This document shows positions 1 through 10,809 of a stretch of DNA of 64,000 nt, piece by piece. Under the pieces are notes generated by a model. The model saw only the letters and a program-made list of their open reading frames with translations, was not told where the DNA came from and ran no database searches. Origin of the DNA: an uncultured Solirubrobacteraceae bacterium (GTDB lineage: Bacteria; Actinomycetota; Thermoleophilia; Solirubrobacterales; Solirubrobacteraceae). Numbering within the stretch: position 1 is the stretch's first letter; each line of letters opens with the position of its first letter. The stretch covers positions 219,866-283,865 of the forward strand of contig CAVXEL010000001.1 in NCBI GenBank assembly GCA_963760785.1, in the 5' to 3' direction. The translations under genes were made by a program, and so were the position numbers.

Positions 1-848
1 TGCTTGAGGCCCAGCGAGATGCGCTGGCGGTCACGATCGATGTCCAGGACCTTGACCTTGACGGTGTCGCCGATCGAGAGGATCTCGCTGGGGTGGTTCA
101 CGTGCGACCAGGAGAGCTCGGAGATGTGGATCAGACCGTCGATCCCGTCGAGGTCGACGAAGGCGCCGAAGTCGACGATGTTCGAGATCTGGCCTTCGAC
201 CACGAGGCCCGGCTGCAGGCGGTCCAGGATCTGCTGGCGGACCTCCTTGCGCTCCTCCTCGAGCACGGCGCGGCGCGACAGGACGACGTTGTTGCGCGAG
301 CGGTTGAGCTCGATGACCTTGGTCTCGATCTTCGTGCCCATGTATTCGTCGAGGTTCGGCACGCGGCGGATGTCGACCAGCGACGCGGGCAGGAAGCCGC
401 GGACGCCCAGGTCGATGATCAGACCGCCCTTGACCACCTCGATGACCGTGCCCTCGACGGGCTCGCCCGACTCGGCGGCCGTTTCGATGCGCCGCCACGC
501 CTTCTCGAAGCGGGCGCGCTTCTTGGACATGATCAGGCGGCCGTCCTGGTCCTCCTTGGTGAGGACGATCGCGTCGACCTCCTCGCCCAGGTGCACCTCT
601 TCGTTGGGGTCCACCGCCTTGCGGATCGACAGCTCGTTGGCCGGGATGACCCCCTCGGACTTGTAGCCGATGTCGACCAGCACCTCGTCCTTGTCGATCC
701 GGACGACGTGGCCCGTGACGACCTCGCCCTCCTCGATCGGGCGGAAGGTCGCGTCGTAGTTGGGGACGATCTGGCCGTCGACCTCCAACAGCAGCCCGTT
801 CGAGCCGTCGACGACGCGGGCCTGCGGATTCTCCATCAAAGTTTGCAC
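1..848 (-). CDS. rpsA: 30S ribosomal protein S1 (5' part; runs off the window start)
   Basis: Manual minus-strand translation from GTG 848 or ATG 836 gives ...IDKDEVLVDIGYKSEGVIP...VVKGGLIIDLGVRGFLPASLVD...FGAFVDLDGIDGLIHISELSW, i.e. S1 repeats. Absent from the ORF track because there is no stop in the window. Confidence 0.97.
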   Translation of the reverse strand, partial: MQTLMENPQARVVDGSNGLLLEVDGQIVPNYDATFRPIEEGEVVTGHVVRIDKDEVLVDIGYKSEGVIPANELSIRKAVDPNEEVHLGEEVDAIVLTKEDQDGRLIMSKKRARFEKAWRRIETAAESGEPVEGTVIEVVKGGLIIDLGVRGFLPASLVDIRRVPNLDEYMGTKIETKVIELNRSRNNVVLSRRAVLEEERKEVRQQILDRLQPGLVVEGQISNIVDFGAFVDLDGIDGLIHISELSWSHVNHPSEILSIGDTVKVKVLDIDRDRQRISLGLK

Positions 849-886
849 CGGGCGAAGCGTAGCGCAGCCGTATCATTGCTGGGCAC

Positions 887-2062
887 ATGCCTGTTCGAGC
901 GACGAAGCGGGGAGCCGACCGCACCCGCTTGGAGCGCGATTGCGACGTGCTCATCTGCGGCGCCAGCTTCGCCGGCCTCGCGGTCGCCCGCGAGTTGGCC
1001 GGCTCGGGCGCGCGGGTGATGGTCGTGGACCGCTACGAGATCGGGGAGCGCCAGACGTCGGCGTGCGCGATGCCGACGAGCTGGCTCGCCGCGATGGAGC
1101 TGACCGCCTCCCACCGCCAGACGTTCGACGAGCTGGTCGTCCACACCCCCTACCGGACCGCCCGCTGGCAGCTGCCCTGGTCATTCTCGACGTTCGACTA
1201 CCGCGAGCTGTGCGCGCTGCTGTGGGAGCGCTCCGGCGACGCCGAGTTCGAGACCGCCACGGTCACGGGCCGCTACGGCACCACCGTGCAGACCGACCGC
1301 GGCGAACTGCAGGCGCCGCTGGTCGTCGACGCGTTGGGCTGGCGACGGGTGCTGTCCAACGCGGCCCCGATCCAGCCCCCCCAGGCGCGACTCTCGCGCG
1401 GCCTCGAGGTGCATCCGCCGGGAAGGGGCTCGGAGATGGAGCTGTGGCTCGACGCCCATTACATCCGCGCCGGGTACTCCTGGAGCTTCCCCGCAGACGA
1501 CGAGATGAGGGTCGGCGTCGGCTCGTTCTGGCCCTCCCACCACGTCAAGGAGCCGACCGTGCGACTGTCCGGGGACCTCGGCCTCCCCGCGCAGGGCTAC
1601 CAGGGCAACTGGATTCCCCACCAGCTGCGCAGCGCGGTCGAGGACGGCGTGTTCTTCGTCGGCGACTCGGCCGGGCACTGCCTGCCGCTGACCGCCGAGG
1701 GGATCCGCACGGCCCTCTACTTCGGCCTCGCCTGCGGGCGCGAGCTGCGCGCCGTCGTCGACGGCGCCCGCAACCGCGCGCAGGCCCTGACGGGCTACGC
1801 GGCCTTCTCCGACGTGCACGAGCGCAAGTTCCGCTGGCTCTTGAACGTGCAGCGGGCGATCGGGCAGATCACGCCGAGCCGGGCCGTCACGGAGATCGTG
1901 AGGGCCTTCGAGGCGGGCTGGCTGTCGCGCTGGGCGTTCAACCAGTACCTGGCGATCGCGCCCCCGTCCTACGTCGGCGCCGGCGCCGGCGGGAGCTCGC
2001 CGAGCGCGGCCGCCAACCGCCGGATGCCCTCATCGATGGCCGGCTCGGCCAGGTTGGCGTAG
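887..2062 (+). CDS. NAD(P)/FAD-dependent oxidoreductase (geranylgeranyl reductase-like)
   Basis: DVLICGASFAG Rossmann motif; VGDSAGHCLPLTAEGI FAD motif. Confidence 0.85.
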   Translation: MPVRATKRGADRTRLERDCDVLICGASFAGLAVARELAGSGARVMVVDRYEIGERQTSACAMPTSWLAAMELTASHRQTFDELVVHTPYRTARWQLPWSFSTFDYRELCALLWERSGDAEFETATVTGRYGTTVQTDRGELQAPLVVDALGWRRVLSNAAPIQPPQARLSRGLEVHPPGRGSEMELWLDAHYIRAGYSWSFPADDEMRVGVGSFWPSHHVKEPTVRLSGDLGLPAQGYQGNWIPHQLRSAVEDGVFFVGDSAGHCLPLTAEGIRTALYFGLACGRELRAVVDGARNRAQALTGYAAFSDVHERKFRWLLNVQRAIGQITPSRAVTEIVRAFEAGWLSRWAFNQYLAIAPPSYVGAGAGGSSPSAAANRRMPSSMAGSARLA

Positions 2063-3444
2063 CCCAGCACCAGGCCGTCGTCGAGCGGGCGCGGCTCCAC
2101 GTAGCCGTAGCCGAGCGGATAGACGCCGACGTCGCGCCGGCGGGCGGCGGTCGCGAGCCGAATCCCGTCCACGGGCCGGCCCAGACGCACGATCGCCGCC
2201 AGGCCCGCCGCCACGCCTGTCACCCGCGCGGCGGGCAGGTGCGTGGTGACGGCGCGCACGAGCGCATCGCGGCGGGAGCGGTAGCGCCTGCGCGCCTGGC
2301 GCAGGTGGCGGTCGTAGGCGCCGCTGTCCAGCAGCCTCGCCAGCGCCAGCTGGTCGATCGTGGGGCTGCCGTGGTCGGCGAGCATCTTCTGCTCGACGAT
2401 CCGTCCCGAGATGTGCGGGGGAACGACCATCCACCCCAGGCGCAGCGCCGGCGCGAGCGTCTTGCTGACCGTCCCCACGTAGAGCACCCGGTCGGGCGCG
2501 AGGCCCTGAAGCGCCCCCAGGGGCGCCCTGTCGTAGCGGTACTCCGCGTCGTAGTCGTCCTCGACGATCAGCCCCTCGCGTCGCCTGGCCCACGCCAGCA
2601 GCTCCGCGCGTCGCGCCGAGGACAGAGCCACGCCCGTCGGCGCCTGGTGGGCGGGAGTGACCAGCGCGGCCCGGATCGGCTCGCCCGCCATCTCCAGCGC
2701 ATCGAGCTCCAGCACCCGGGCGCCGTCGGCGTCGACCGGCAGCGGCGCGAGCACCGCGCCGTTCGCCGCCAGGATCTGACGGTGCACCGGCAGGCTGGGG
2801 TCCTCCACCGCGATCCGCGACCCGGCCAGCGTCCGGGCGATCAGCGCGAAGGCCTGGGCGACACCGGCGCAGACGACGATCGCCTCGGGGGCGGCGACGA
2901 CGCCGCGCACACGTCCCAGGTGGCCGGCCAGCGCTCGGCGCAGCTCCGGCGCGCCGCGTGGATCGGGGTAGCCGAGGGCCTGGTCGGGGGCTTCGCGGAG
3001 CGTCTCCCTGAGCACCCGCAGCCACGCCCGGCGCGGGAAGCTCGCCAGGTCGGGGTGGCCCGGGAAGAAGTCGAACGCCAGGGGACGGGGCGGCGGCGCG
3101 GGTGCTGGAGCCGCGCTTGCCGAGGCCGCCTCGGCCACGAACGTTCCCGAGCCGGCCCGCGCGACCAGGTAGCCCTCTGCCAGCAGCTGCGAATAGGCGT
3201 CCACGACCAGGCGCCGCGAGACGGCCAGGTCGCCCGCCAGCGCGCGCGAGGCCGGCAGCCTGGTGCCGGGCGCCAGCCGTCCCGAGCGGACCGCCTCGCG
3301 CAGCCCGCCCTCGAGCTGCGCCCGCAGCGGCAGGCCGGCCGACCTGTCGAGCTCCACCAGCAGATCCAGACCCGCCTGCGAAGTGCCCCGGATGGGGTGT
3401 GCCGCTTCAGGGAGTGAGACTGTTGGGGTGGTACCCGATTTCAT
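1969..3444 (-). CDS. MocR/GabR-family regulator (GntR HTH plus PLP aminotransferase domain)
   Basis: LPASRALAGDLAVSR HTH; VTPAHQAPTG, IVEDDYDAEYRY, GTVSKTLAPALRLGW. Confidence 0.93.
   Translation of the reverse strand: MKSGTTPTVSLPEAAHPIRGTSQAGLDLLVELDRSAGLPLRAQLEGGLREAVRSGRLAPGTRLPASRALAGDLAVSRRLVVDAYSQLLAEGYLVARAGSGTFVAEAASASAAPAPAPPPRPLAFDFFPGHPDLASFPRRAWLRVLRETLREAPDQALGYPDPRGAPELRRALAGHLGRVRGVVAAPEAIVVCAGVAQAFALIARTLAGSRIAVEDPSLPVHRQILAANGAVLAPLPVDADGARVLELDALEMAGEPIRAALVTPAHQAPTGVALSSARRAELLAWARRREGLIVEDDYDAEYRYDRAPLGALQGLAPDRVLYVGTVSKTLAPALRLGWMVVPPHISGRIVEQKMLADHGSPTIDQLALARLLDSGAYDRHLRQARRRYRSRRDALVRAVTTHLPAARVTGVAAGLAAIVRLGRPVDGIRLATAARRRDVGVYPLGYGYVEPRPLDDGLVLGYANLAEPAIDEGIRRLAAALGELPPAPAPT
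3377..3416. repeat. 40-bp dispersed repeat, copy A (within the 5' end of the MocR ORF)
   Basis: tgcgaagtgccccggatggggtgtgccgcttcagggagtg matches 17076-17115 at 34/40 positions without gaps. Confidence 0.7.
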
Positions 3445-3450
3445 CTCGGA

Positions 3451-3474
3451 AATGGTCCTTTACGGTGGACCAAA
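3451..3474. promoter_or_regulatory. Putative MocR operator, TGGTCC-N8-GGACCA
   Basis: Inverted repeat between the divergent MocR and AhpD-like genes. Confidence 0.6.
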
Positions 3475-3559
3475 GCGAGCATATCGTTGAGCCGGCATGG
3501 GTGCCGCCCCGCGCCCGCGCCCAGGCCACCAGCGAACCCCGATCGGAAAGAGAGCCGAC

Positions 3560-4171
3560 ATGACTCGCATCGAAGGCGTCCCCGCCCGGCGACACCCCCT
3601 CATCCGACTTGTCTACGCCGGAGCCCGCAGGGAGGTTCGGCGCATGACGGGCAAGCCGCTGCTGACCCCCGACGTCCCGATCCGCGCGCACCGGCTGCGC
3701 CAGCTGCTCGGCTATGCCGTGCTCGAGAAGACAGTCGCCTCGCGCCCACGCGTGCCCGAGCACCTTCGGGCGCTGGCCGTGCTCAAGTCAGCCGTGATGC
3801 AGGGCTGTGAGATGTGCCAGGACATAGGCTCCTTCGAGGCGCGCGCGAAGGGCGTCAGCGACGAGCAGCTGCGCGACCTGCACCGCTACCGGGACAGCGA
3901 GCGGTTCGACCCGACCGAGCGCACGGTGCTGGACCTCGCGGTCGCGATGACCGTGACCCCCGTGAAGGTCGGCGACGAGCTGCTCGAGTCCCTGACAGCG
4001 ATCTTCGATGACGCCCAGCTCGTCGAGCTGGTCCACCTGATCGCCGTCGAGAACCTGCGCTCGCGCTTCAACGCCGCATTCGGCCTCGGCGCCGCCGGCT
4101 TCAGCGAGGGCATGTCCTGCGCGCGCATGGAGCCGGCAGTGGACGCGCCAAGCCTGGCCGTCGCCTCGTGA
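3560..4171 (+). CDS. Carboxymuconolactone decarboxylase/AhpD-family protein
   Basis: GCEMCQDIG CxxC motif; FDDAQLVELVHLIAVENLRSRFN; ATG at 3560 follows a purine-rich RBS. Confidence 0.85.
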   Translation: MTRIEGVPARRHPLIRLVYAGARREVRRMTGKPLLTPDVPIRAHRLRQLLGYAVLEKTVASRPRVPEHLRALAVLKSAVMQGCEMCQDIGSFEARAKGVSDEQLRDLHRYRDSERFDPTERTVLDLAVAMTVTPVKVGDELLESLTAIFDDAQLVELVHLIAVENLRSRFNAAFGLGAAGFSEGMSCARMEPAVDAPSLAVAS

Positions 4172-5106
4172 GGATCTTCCTCGCCGGGGCGACCGGCGTG
4201 ATCGGGCGCCAGCTGGTGCCGATGCTGCTCGCCGAGGGGCACCAGCTGACGGGCTGCACTCGCTCGCCCGAGCGCGCACAGCAGCTGCGGGCGAGCGGCG
4301 CCCACGCCGTGGTGCTCGATGCCCTGGACGCCGCCGCGATGCGCTCGGCGGTCGCCGAGGCGGCGCCCGAGGCGGTGATCCACCAGCTGACGGCGCTGCC
4401 CGTGCGCATCGACCCGCGGACGATCGAGCGCGACTTCGCGCTCAACGACCGCCTGCGCACCGACGGCACGCGGATCCTCATCGACGCCGCCGTGCAGGCC
4501 GGCGCGAGACGGATCATCGCCCAGAGCATCGCCTTCTCCTATGCCCCCGCTCCGCCCGGCACGCTGCACGACGAGGGGGACCCGCTGCTGGCAGACGCGC
4601 AGGCGCCACCCAACTTCAGGCGCTCGGCGGGGGCGGTGCGCGGCCTCGAGCAGACCGTCCTCGACGGCGGCGGGGTGGTGCTCCGCTACGGCTACTTCTA
4701 CGGCGCGGGCAGCGCCATCTCGAGCACCGGGTCGATGGCCGAGGACGTGCGCAGGCGCCGGCTGCCGATCGTCGGCGGCGGCGGTGGCGTGTGGTCGTTC
4801 GTCCACGTCAACGACGCCGCCCGGGCCACCCTCGCGGCGCTGCGGGCGGGCGACAGCGGCGCCTACAACGTCGTCGACGACGACCCCGCCCCGGTCTCGC
4901 AGTGGCTGCCCGCGCTGGCGCGGGCGCTCGGCGCGAAGCCTCCACGGCGGGTCCCCGCCTGGCTCGCCCGCCCACTGGCCGGCAGCTACGGGGTCGCGAT
5001 CATGACCCGCGCGCAGGGCGCCAGCAACGCGCGCGCCAGGCGCGAGCTGGGCTGGGCGCCGGCGCTCCCCAGCTGGCGGGAGGGCTTCGCCGACGCGCTC
5101 GGCTAG
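4168..5106 (+). CDS. NAD-dependent epimerase/dehydratase family protein
   Basis: IFLAGATGVIG; LRYGYFYG; SFVHVNDAA; GTGA overlap with the upstream gene. Confidence 0.9.
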   Translation: MRIFLAGATGVIGRQLVPMLLAEGHQLTGCTRSPERAQQLRASGAHAVVLDALDAAAMRSAVAEAAPEAVIHQLTALPVRIDPRTIERDFALNDRLRTDGTRILIDAAVQAGARRIIAQSIAFSYAPAPPGTLHDEGDPLLADAQAPPNFRRSAGAVRGLEQTVLDGGGVVLRYGYFYGAGSAISSTGSMAEDVRRRRLPIVGGGGGVWSFVHVNDAARATLAALRAGDSGAYNVVDDDPAPVSQWLPALARALGAKPPRRVPAWLARPLAGSYGVAIMTRAQGASNARARRELGWAPALPSWREGFADALG

Positions 5107-5124
5107 ATACAGGCACCGCCCCGC

Positions 5125-5571
5125 CTATCTGCTTCGCACGACCAGCGCAACGCCCGCGATCAACAGCACGAGGCCCGCGATGCGCTGGGTGTTGATCGGT
5201 GAGCGCGCCACCCCCAGCAGCCCGAAGCGGTCGATCACGACCGAGATCGCGACCTGCCCTGCGATCACGGCCGCCGTGAGGCCGCTGGCCCCCAGCGAGC
5301 GCACCGCTTCCAGCGCCACGAACACGTAGATCGCGCCCAGCAGGCCGCCGACCAGCGCCCACCACGGCACGCGCCCGATGCTGCCCAGCGTGCCGAACCC
5401 CCCGCGCAGGAGAAAGGTGATCGAGACGAGCGCGACGGTGCCCACGAGAAACGAGAAGCTCGCCGCCTGCAGCCCGCCGATCGTCCGTCCCAGCCGCGAG
5501 TTGATCGGCGCCTGCATGCCGACCAGGCAGCCCGCGGCCGCGCCCAGCAGCACCGCCAGCCCCCGGCTCAA
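5125..5571 (-). CDS. DMT family (YdcZ/DUF606) transporter
   Basis: QAPINSRLG, SFLVGT, WWALVGGLLGA, GQVAISVVIDRFG; probable TTG start at 5571. Confidence 0.88.
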   Translation of the reverse strand: MSRGLAVLLGAAAGCLVGMQAPINSRLGRTIGGLQAASFSFLVGTVALVSITFLLRGGFGTLGSIGRVPWWALVGGLLGAIYVFVALEAVRSLGASGLTAAVIAGQVAISVVIDRFGLLGVARSPINTQRIAGLVLLIAGVALVVRSR

Positions 5572-5591
5572 TGTTGCTCCCGCGGCGGGCA

Positions 5592-5620
5592 CACTCCGCC
5601 TGCCCCGCCGAGGCGGAGTG
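5592..5620. other. Stem-loop just downstream of polA
   Basis: CACTCCGCCT-N9-AGGCGGAGTG, a perfect 10-bp stem with no U-tract. Confidence 0.45.
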
Positions 5621-5632
5621 ACCCGGAGCCGC

Positions 5633-8290
5633 TCACTTCGCCTCCAGCCAGGTGGCGCCCTGGCCGATGTCGACGGCCATCGGCGGCTGGTGCGGCTCCC
5701 ACACCCCCACCATCTCCCGCTCGATGATGCTCCCGCGCGGCGCCCGCCTCGCCGGGCGGCCCTTCGAACAGGAGCTCGTCGTGGATCGTCAGCAGCAGCT
5801 TCGTGGCGAGCCCCGCGTCGGCCAGCGCGGCGTGGGATCGGACCATGGCGAGCTTGATGATGTCGGCGGCCGTGCCCTGGATCACCGTGTTGACGGCCAG
5901 CCGCTCGCCCAGCGTGCGCACCTGGTAGTTGCGGGCGCGCAGCTCGGGGATCTGGCGGCGGCGTCCCCACAGGGTCTTCACGTAGCCCTCCTCCTTGGCC
6001 CGCTCGATCGTCGCGCCCATGAACGCCGCGACCTTCGGGAAGCGCTCCAGGTAGGCGTCGATGAACTCCTTCGCCTCGGCGCGGGGGATGTTCAGCCGGT
6101 CGGCCAGACCGTAGTCGGAGAGGCCGTAGACGATGCCGTAGTTGATCATCTTCGCCTTCGAGCGCATCCCCGGGTCGATCTCCTCGGGCGAGACGCCGAA
6201 GACCCGCGATGCGGTCGCGGTGTGCACGTCCTCGCCCCGCCTGAAGATCTCCATCAGCGCCTCCTCCTCGGCCGCCTGCGCCAGCACCCGCAGCTCGATC
6301 TGCGAGTAGTCGGCCGAGATCAGGATCGACCCCTCCTCCGCCTCGAAGCAGCCCCGGATCTCGCGCCCCAGCGGGGTGCGGATCGGGACGTTCTGCATGT
6401 TCGGGTTGGTGCTCGAGAGGCGGCCCGTCTGCGCGACGGCCTGCAGGAACGTGGTGTGGATGCGGGAGCGCTCGTCGACCTCGTCGGGGAGCACGTCGAG
6501 GTAGGTCTTGATCAGCGTCGAGAGCTCCCGCCAGCGCTCGATCCTGGGCACGATCTCGTGCTCGGAGCGGATCGCCTGAAGGACCCGGGCGTCGGTCGAG
6601 TAGCCCGTCTTGCCGCGGCGCTTGCGGGAGAGCCCCAGGCGCTCGAACAGGATCTCGCCGAGCTGCTGGGGGGAGGCGATCGTGAACTCGTCGCCGGCCA
6701 GCTCGAAGATCTCCCGTTCGAGTCCCGCGATCTCCTCCCGCACCCGCTCGGTGATCTCCGCCAGGCGCTCGAGGTTCAGGCGCACGCCGAGTACCTCGAG
6801 CTCGCGCAGGACGCTCACCAGCGGCAGCTCGATGTCGTCCATGACCCCCTGCAGTCCCCGCTCGGCGATCTGCTCGCGCTGCCAGTCCGCGAGCGCGCCC
6901 AGCATCACCGCCCGGGCGGCCAGCGGGTCCTCGAGGTCGCTGGCCAGACCCCGCTCCTCGCAGAGCTCGGCGAACGGGTAGCCGCGCCGGGCGGGCTCGA
7001 GCAGGTAGGCACCCAGCAGCGTGTCGTGGGCCAGCCGCTCGGGCACGACACGCAGCGCCTTGGCGTCGTGGGCGACGACCGGGCGCCCGGCGCCGGCCGC
7101 GACGACCTCCTCGGGCCCGGCGCAGTCGCCCGTCAGCACCTGCCCGTCGGCGGCGACGGCGAAGCGCCAGGGCGAGCCCTCGGCGAACAGCTCGCCCTCG
7201 GGCGCCTCGGTCTCGGCGACGACGACGTTCAGCTCGGTCTGCTCGCCGCCCAGGCGGGCGATGTCCGCCGGTGAGCCCGCCCTCACGCTGGCCGTCAGCG
7301 TCACCTCGGCCGCGCTCGGCGGGGCGGCCACATCGGGATCGCCCAGCGCCTCCTCCAGACGGCGCAGCGGGTCGCGCAGCTCGAACTCCCTGAACACCTC
7401 GCGCACCCGTGAGCGGTCCGGCTCACGACCCGCCTCGAGTGCGACGTCGAGGTCGACGTCGACGTCGCGCTGGACGGTCGCCAGCTGCTTGGACAGCCGC
7501 GCCTCCTCGGCATGCTCGAGGAGGTTCTGTTTGCGCTTCGGGCCGCTGACCCGCTCGACGTTGGCCAGCACGTCCTCCAGCGACCCGAAGGACTGCAGCA
7601 GCTCGCTGGCCGTCTTGTCGCCGATGCCCGGGAATGCCCGGGATGTTGTCCGAGGTGTCTCCCTTCAGCCCGTAGAAGTCCGGGATCAGCTCGGGCGGGA
7701 TCCCGTAGCGGTCGATCACCGCCTGGCGGTCATAGATCTTCGTCTCGGTGATGCCGCGGGCGGTCGCCATCACCTTGACAAGGCCCGTCGCCGTCGATCA
7801 ACTGGAAGACGTCGCGGTCGCCCGTGACGATCATCACCGGCACCGGGGGGTCGGCTCGCAGCGCGCGCTCGGCCAGCGAGGCGATCACGTCGTCGGCCTC
7901 GTAGCCCTCGATGCGCACGTTGCGGTAGCCGAAGGCCTCGACCAGCGGTTCCATCGCGGGCCACTGCTGCTTGAGCAGGTCCGGGCGCGAGCGGCGCGCC
8001 GCCTTGTACTCGGAGAACAGCTCGCTGCGCCCCGAGGTGCCGGCATCCCAGGCGACCACCGTCGGGCAGACCCCGTACTCGGTGACGATCTTGACGAGCA
8101 TCGAGGCGAAGCCGAAGATCGCGTTGGTGGGCACCCCCGTCGAGGTGGCGATCGACTCGGGCAGGGCGAAGAAGGCGCGGTAGACGAGGCTGGGACCGTC
8201 GATCAGGAACAGCCTGCGCTCGCCTCGGGGCGCGCCGGCGACCCGCCCGCCCTGTGCGCCCGCGCCGCCCGGTTTCGTGTTCACGGCCAT
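5633..8290 (-). CDS. polA: DNA polymerase I (split by several indels, probably sequencing errors)
   Basis: [76 protein letters not shown] across several frames; ends ...EAK-TGA at 5633. Confidence 0.95.
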
Positions 8291-8304
8291 CGCCAAGTCA
8301 CTCT

Positions 8305-8327
8305 ACGTATCCGCGCGGAACGGATAC
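8305..8327. promoter_or_regulatory. Palindrome GTATCCG-N7-CGGATAC between the divergent polA and malic enzyme genes
   Basis: Perfect 7-bp inverted repeat; near-identical motif at 20599-20620. Confidence 0.45.
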
Positions 8328-8371
8328 CTCCTAACATCCCGTGCCGCCAACGACCGAGGGAGCACCCGCAA

Positions 8372-9867
8372 GTGAGCGCAACACCGAGCGCGCAGTACCG
8401 CCTGACGATCCGCGTGAAGCTCGACGACAGCCCCGGCGTCCTCGGGCAGACGACCAGCGCGATCGGCGAGGCCGGCGGGCTCGTCGGCGCGGTCGACGTG
8501 GTCGAGGCCGAAGCCGGCCACAGCCTGCGCGACATCGTCGTCGACGCCTCCGGGCGCGATCACTGGGAGCGGATCCTCGGCCGCGATCGGCGCGGTCAGC
8601 GGCGCCGAGGTGATCGACACGACCGACCGCACCTTCCTGCTGCACGTCGGCGGCAAGATCGAACAGGCCAACAAGCAGCCGCTCAAGACCCGGGACGACC
8701 TCTCGATGGTCTACACGCCCGGCGTCGCCCGGGTCTGCCTGGCGATCGCCGACGACGAGGACAAGGCCTTCCAGTACACGATCAAGCGCAACACCGTCGC
8801 CGTCGTCTCCGACGGCACGGCCGTGCTGGGCCTGGGCAACATCGGCCCGAAGGCGGCGATGCCCGTGATGGAGGGCAAGTGCTGCCTGTTCAAGGAGTTC
8901 GCCGGCGTGGACGCCTTCCCGATCTGCCTGGACACGACCGACACCGACGAGATCGTCCGCACGGTCAGGCTGATGGCGCCCGGCTTCGGCGGCATCAACC
9001 TGGAGGACATCTCCGCGCCGCGCTGCTTCGAGATCGAGGAGCGGCTGGTGGAGGAGCTCGAGATCCCGGTGTTCCACGACGACCAGCACGGAACGGCCGT
9101 CGTGGTGATGGCGGCGCTGCTGAACGCCGTGAAGCTGACCGGCAGGGACCTGGAGGACCTCAAGGTGCTGGTGATCGGGCTCGGCGCGGCCGGCGATGGC
9201 CGTCACGAAGATCCTGCTGGCGGCCGGCGTCACCGAGATCATCGGCGCCGACTCCCAGGGCGTGCTGCACGTCCAGCGCGAGGACTACCTGGACGGCAGC
9301 ATGAACACGGTCAAGCGCTGGTTCGCCGAGGTCACCAACCCCGAGTGCCGCTCCGGCACGCCGGCCGACGTGATCGACGGCATGGACCTCCTGATCGGCG
9401 TCTCCGGCGCGCGGGCGCTGCCCGCCGAGGCGCTGGCACGGATGAACCGCGACGCGATGGTCTTCGCGATGGCCAACCCGACCCCCGAGGTCAATCCGGA
9501 GGAGGCCGCCCCGTACGTGCGGATCATGGCGACGGGCCGCTCGGACTACCCGAACCAGATCAACAACGTGCTCTGCTTCCCCGGGATCTTCCGCGGCGCG
9601 CTCGACGTGCGGGCCAGCGGCGATCACCGAGGACATGAAGATGGCCGCGGCCAGGGCGATCGCGGCGATCGTCGACGAGAGCGAGCTGCGCGAGGACTAC
9701 ATCATCCCGTCGGTCTTCAACCGCGACGTCGCTCCCGCGGTCGCCGCCGCCGTCGGCGAGCAGGCGCGCGTCGCGGGACTCGCCATGGCCGGCCAGGAGG
9801 TCGGCTATGCGCAGGGCGACACGAACACCCCGGCGACCTGCGGCGGCCGCTCGACGGGCGCATCTGA
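8372..9867 (+). CDS. NAD(P)-dependent malic enzyme with N-terminal ACT domain (frameshifted; end approximate)
   Basis: YTPGVA, VSDGTAVLGLGNIG, INLEDISAPRCF, FHDDQHGTA, ATGRSDYPNQINNVLCFPG. Confidence 0.92.
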
Positions 9868-9880
9868 GGCAGCGGGAGAG

Positions 9881-10809
9881 ATGAGCTCCCGGCGCGTGAC
9901 CGTCACCGGCGCGACCGGCCTGATCGGTCCGGCGCCTTCGTCGCCGAGCTGAAAGGCGCCGGCTACGAGGTCAGCGTGCTGACCCGCGACCCCGAGCGGA
10001 CGCGCCGGCGACTCGGCGAGGACGTGCAGGCCTTCGCCTGGGAGGCGATCAGCGAGCCGGCGCCCGCCGAGGCCCTTGCGGGCCGCGACGCGGTCGTGCA
10101 CCTGGCCGGGCGAGCCCGTAGCCCAGCGCTGGAGCGACAGGGCCAGGCGGGCGATCCGCGAGAGCCGCGTGGCCGGGACCGAGCACCTCTCGAGGGCCTG
10201 CGCGGCCGCCGAGCCCCGCCCCGCGGTGCTGGTCAGCTCCTCGGCGATCGGCTACTACGGGCCCCACGGCAACGAGCCGCTCGACGAGGAGGCGCCGCCC
10301 GGCGAGGACTTCCTGGCGCGAGGTCTGCGTCGCCTGGGAGGCCGCGGCGCGGAGCGCGCCTAGGAGCTTGGCATGCGCGTCGTGCGGGTCCGCACCGGCG
10401 TCGTGCTGGACGCGCCGGCGGCGCGCTGGCGAAGATGCTCCCGCCCTTCCGGCTGGGCATCGGCGGCCCGATCGCGGGCGGTCGCCAGTACATCCCCTGG
10501 ATCCATGCCGAGGACGTCGTGGGCATGATGCTGGCCGCGCTGGGCGACGAGCGCTGGGAGCGGACCGGTCAACGCCACCGCGCCCGATGCCCGTCTCCAA
10601 CCGCGACTTCTCCCGCGCGCTGGGCACGCGCCCTTCACCGGCCCGCGCTGCTGCCCGTGCCGGGCCTGGCGCTGCGCGCCCTCTACGGGGACATGGCGGA
10701 GATCGTCACCGCCGGCGCCCGCGTCGTTCCGGCCAAGCCGCTGATGCTCGGCTACCAGCACCGCCACCCCGACCTCGACGAGGCGCTGCGCTCGGCGCTC
10801 AGCCGCTGA
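9881..10809 (+). CDS. TIGR01777-family epimerase/oxidoreductase (frameshifted)
   Basis: VTGATGLIG; SSSAIGYYG; LGIGGPIAGGRQYIPWIH; RVVPAKPLMLGY. Confidence 0.88.

Noticed and set aside
9635-9952. Apparent malic enzyme/TIGR01777 fusion
   Set aside because: In an indel-rich block; the downstream gene has its own GGGAGAG RBS and ATG at 9881.
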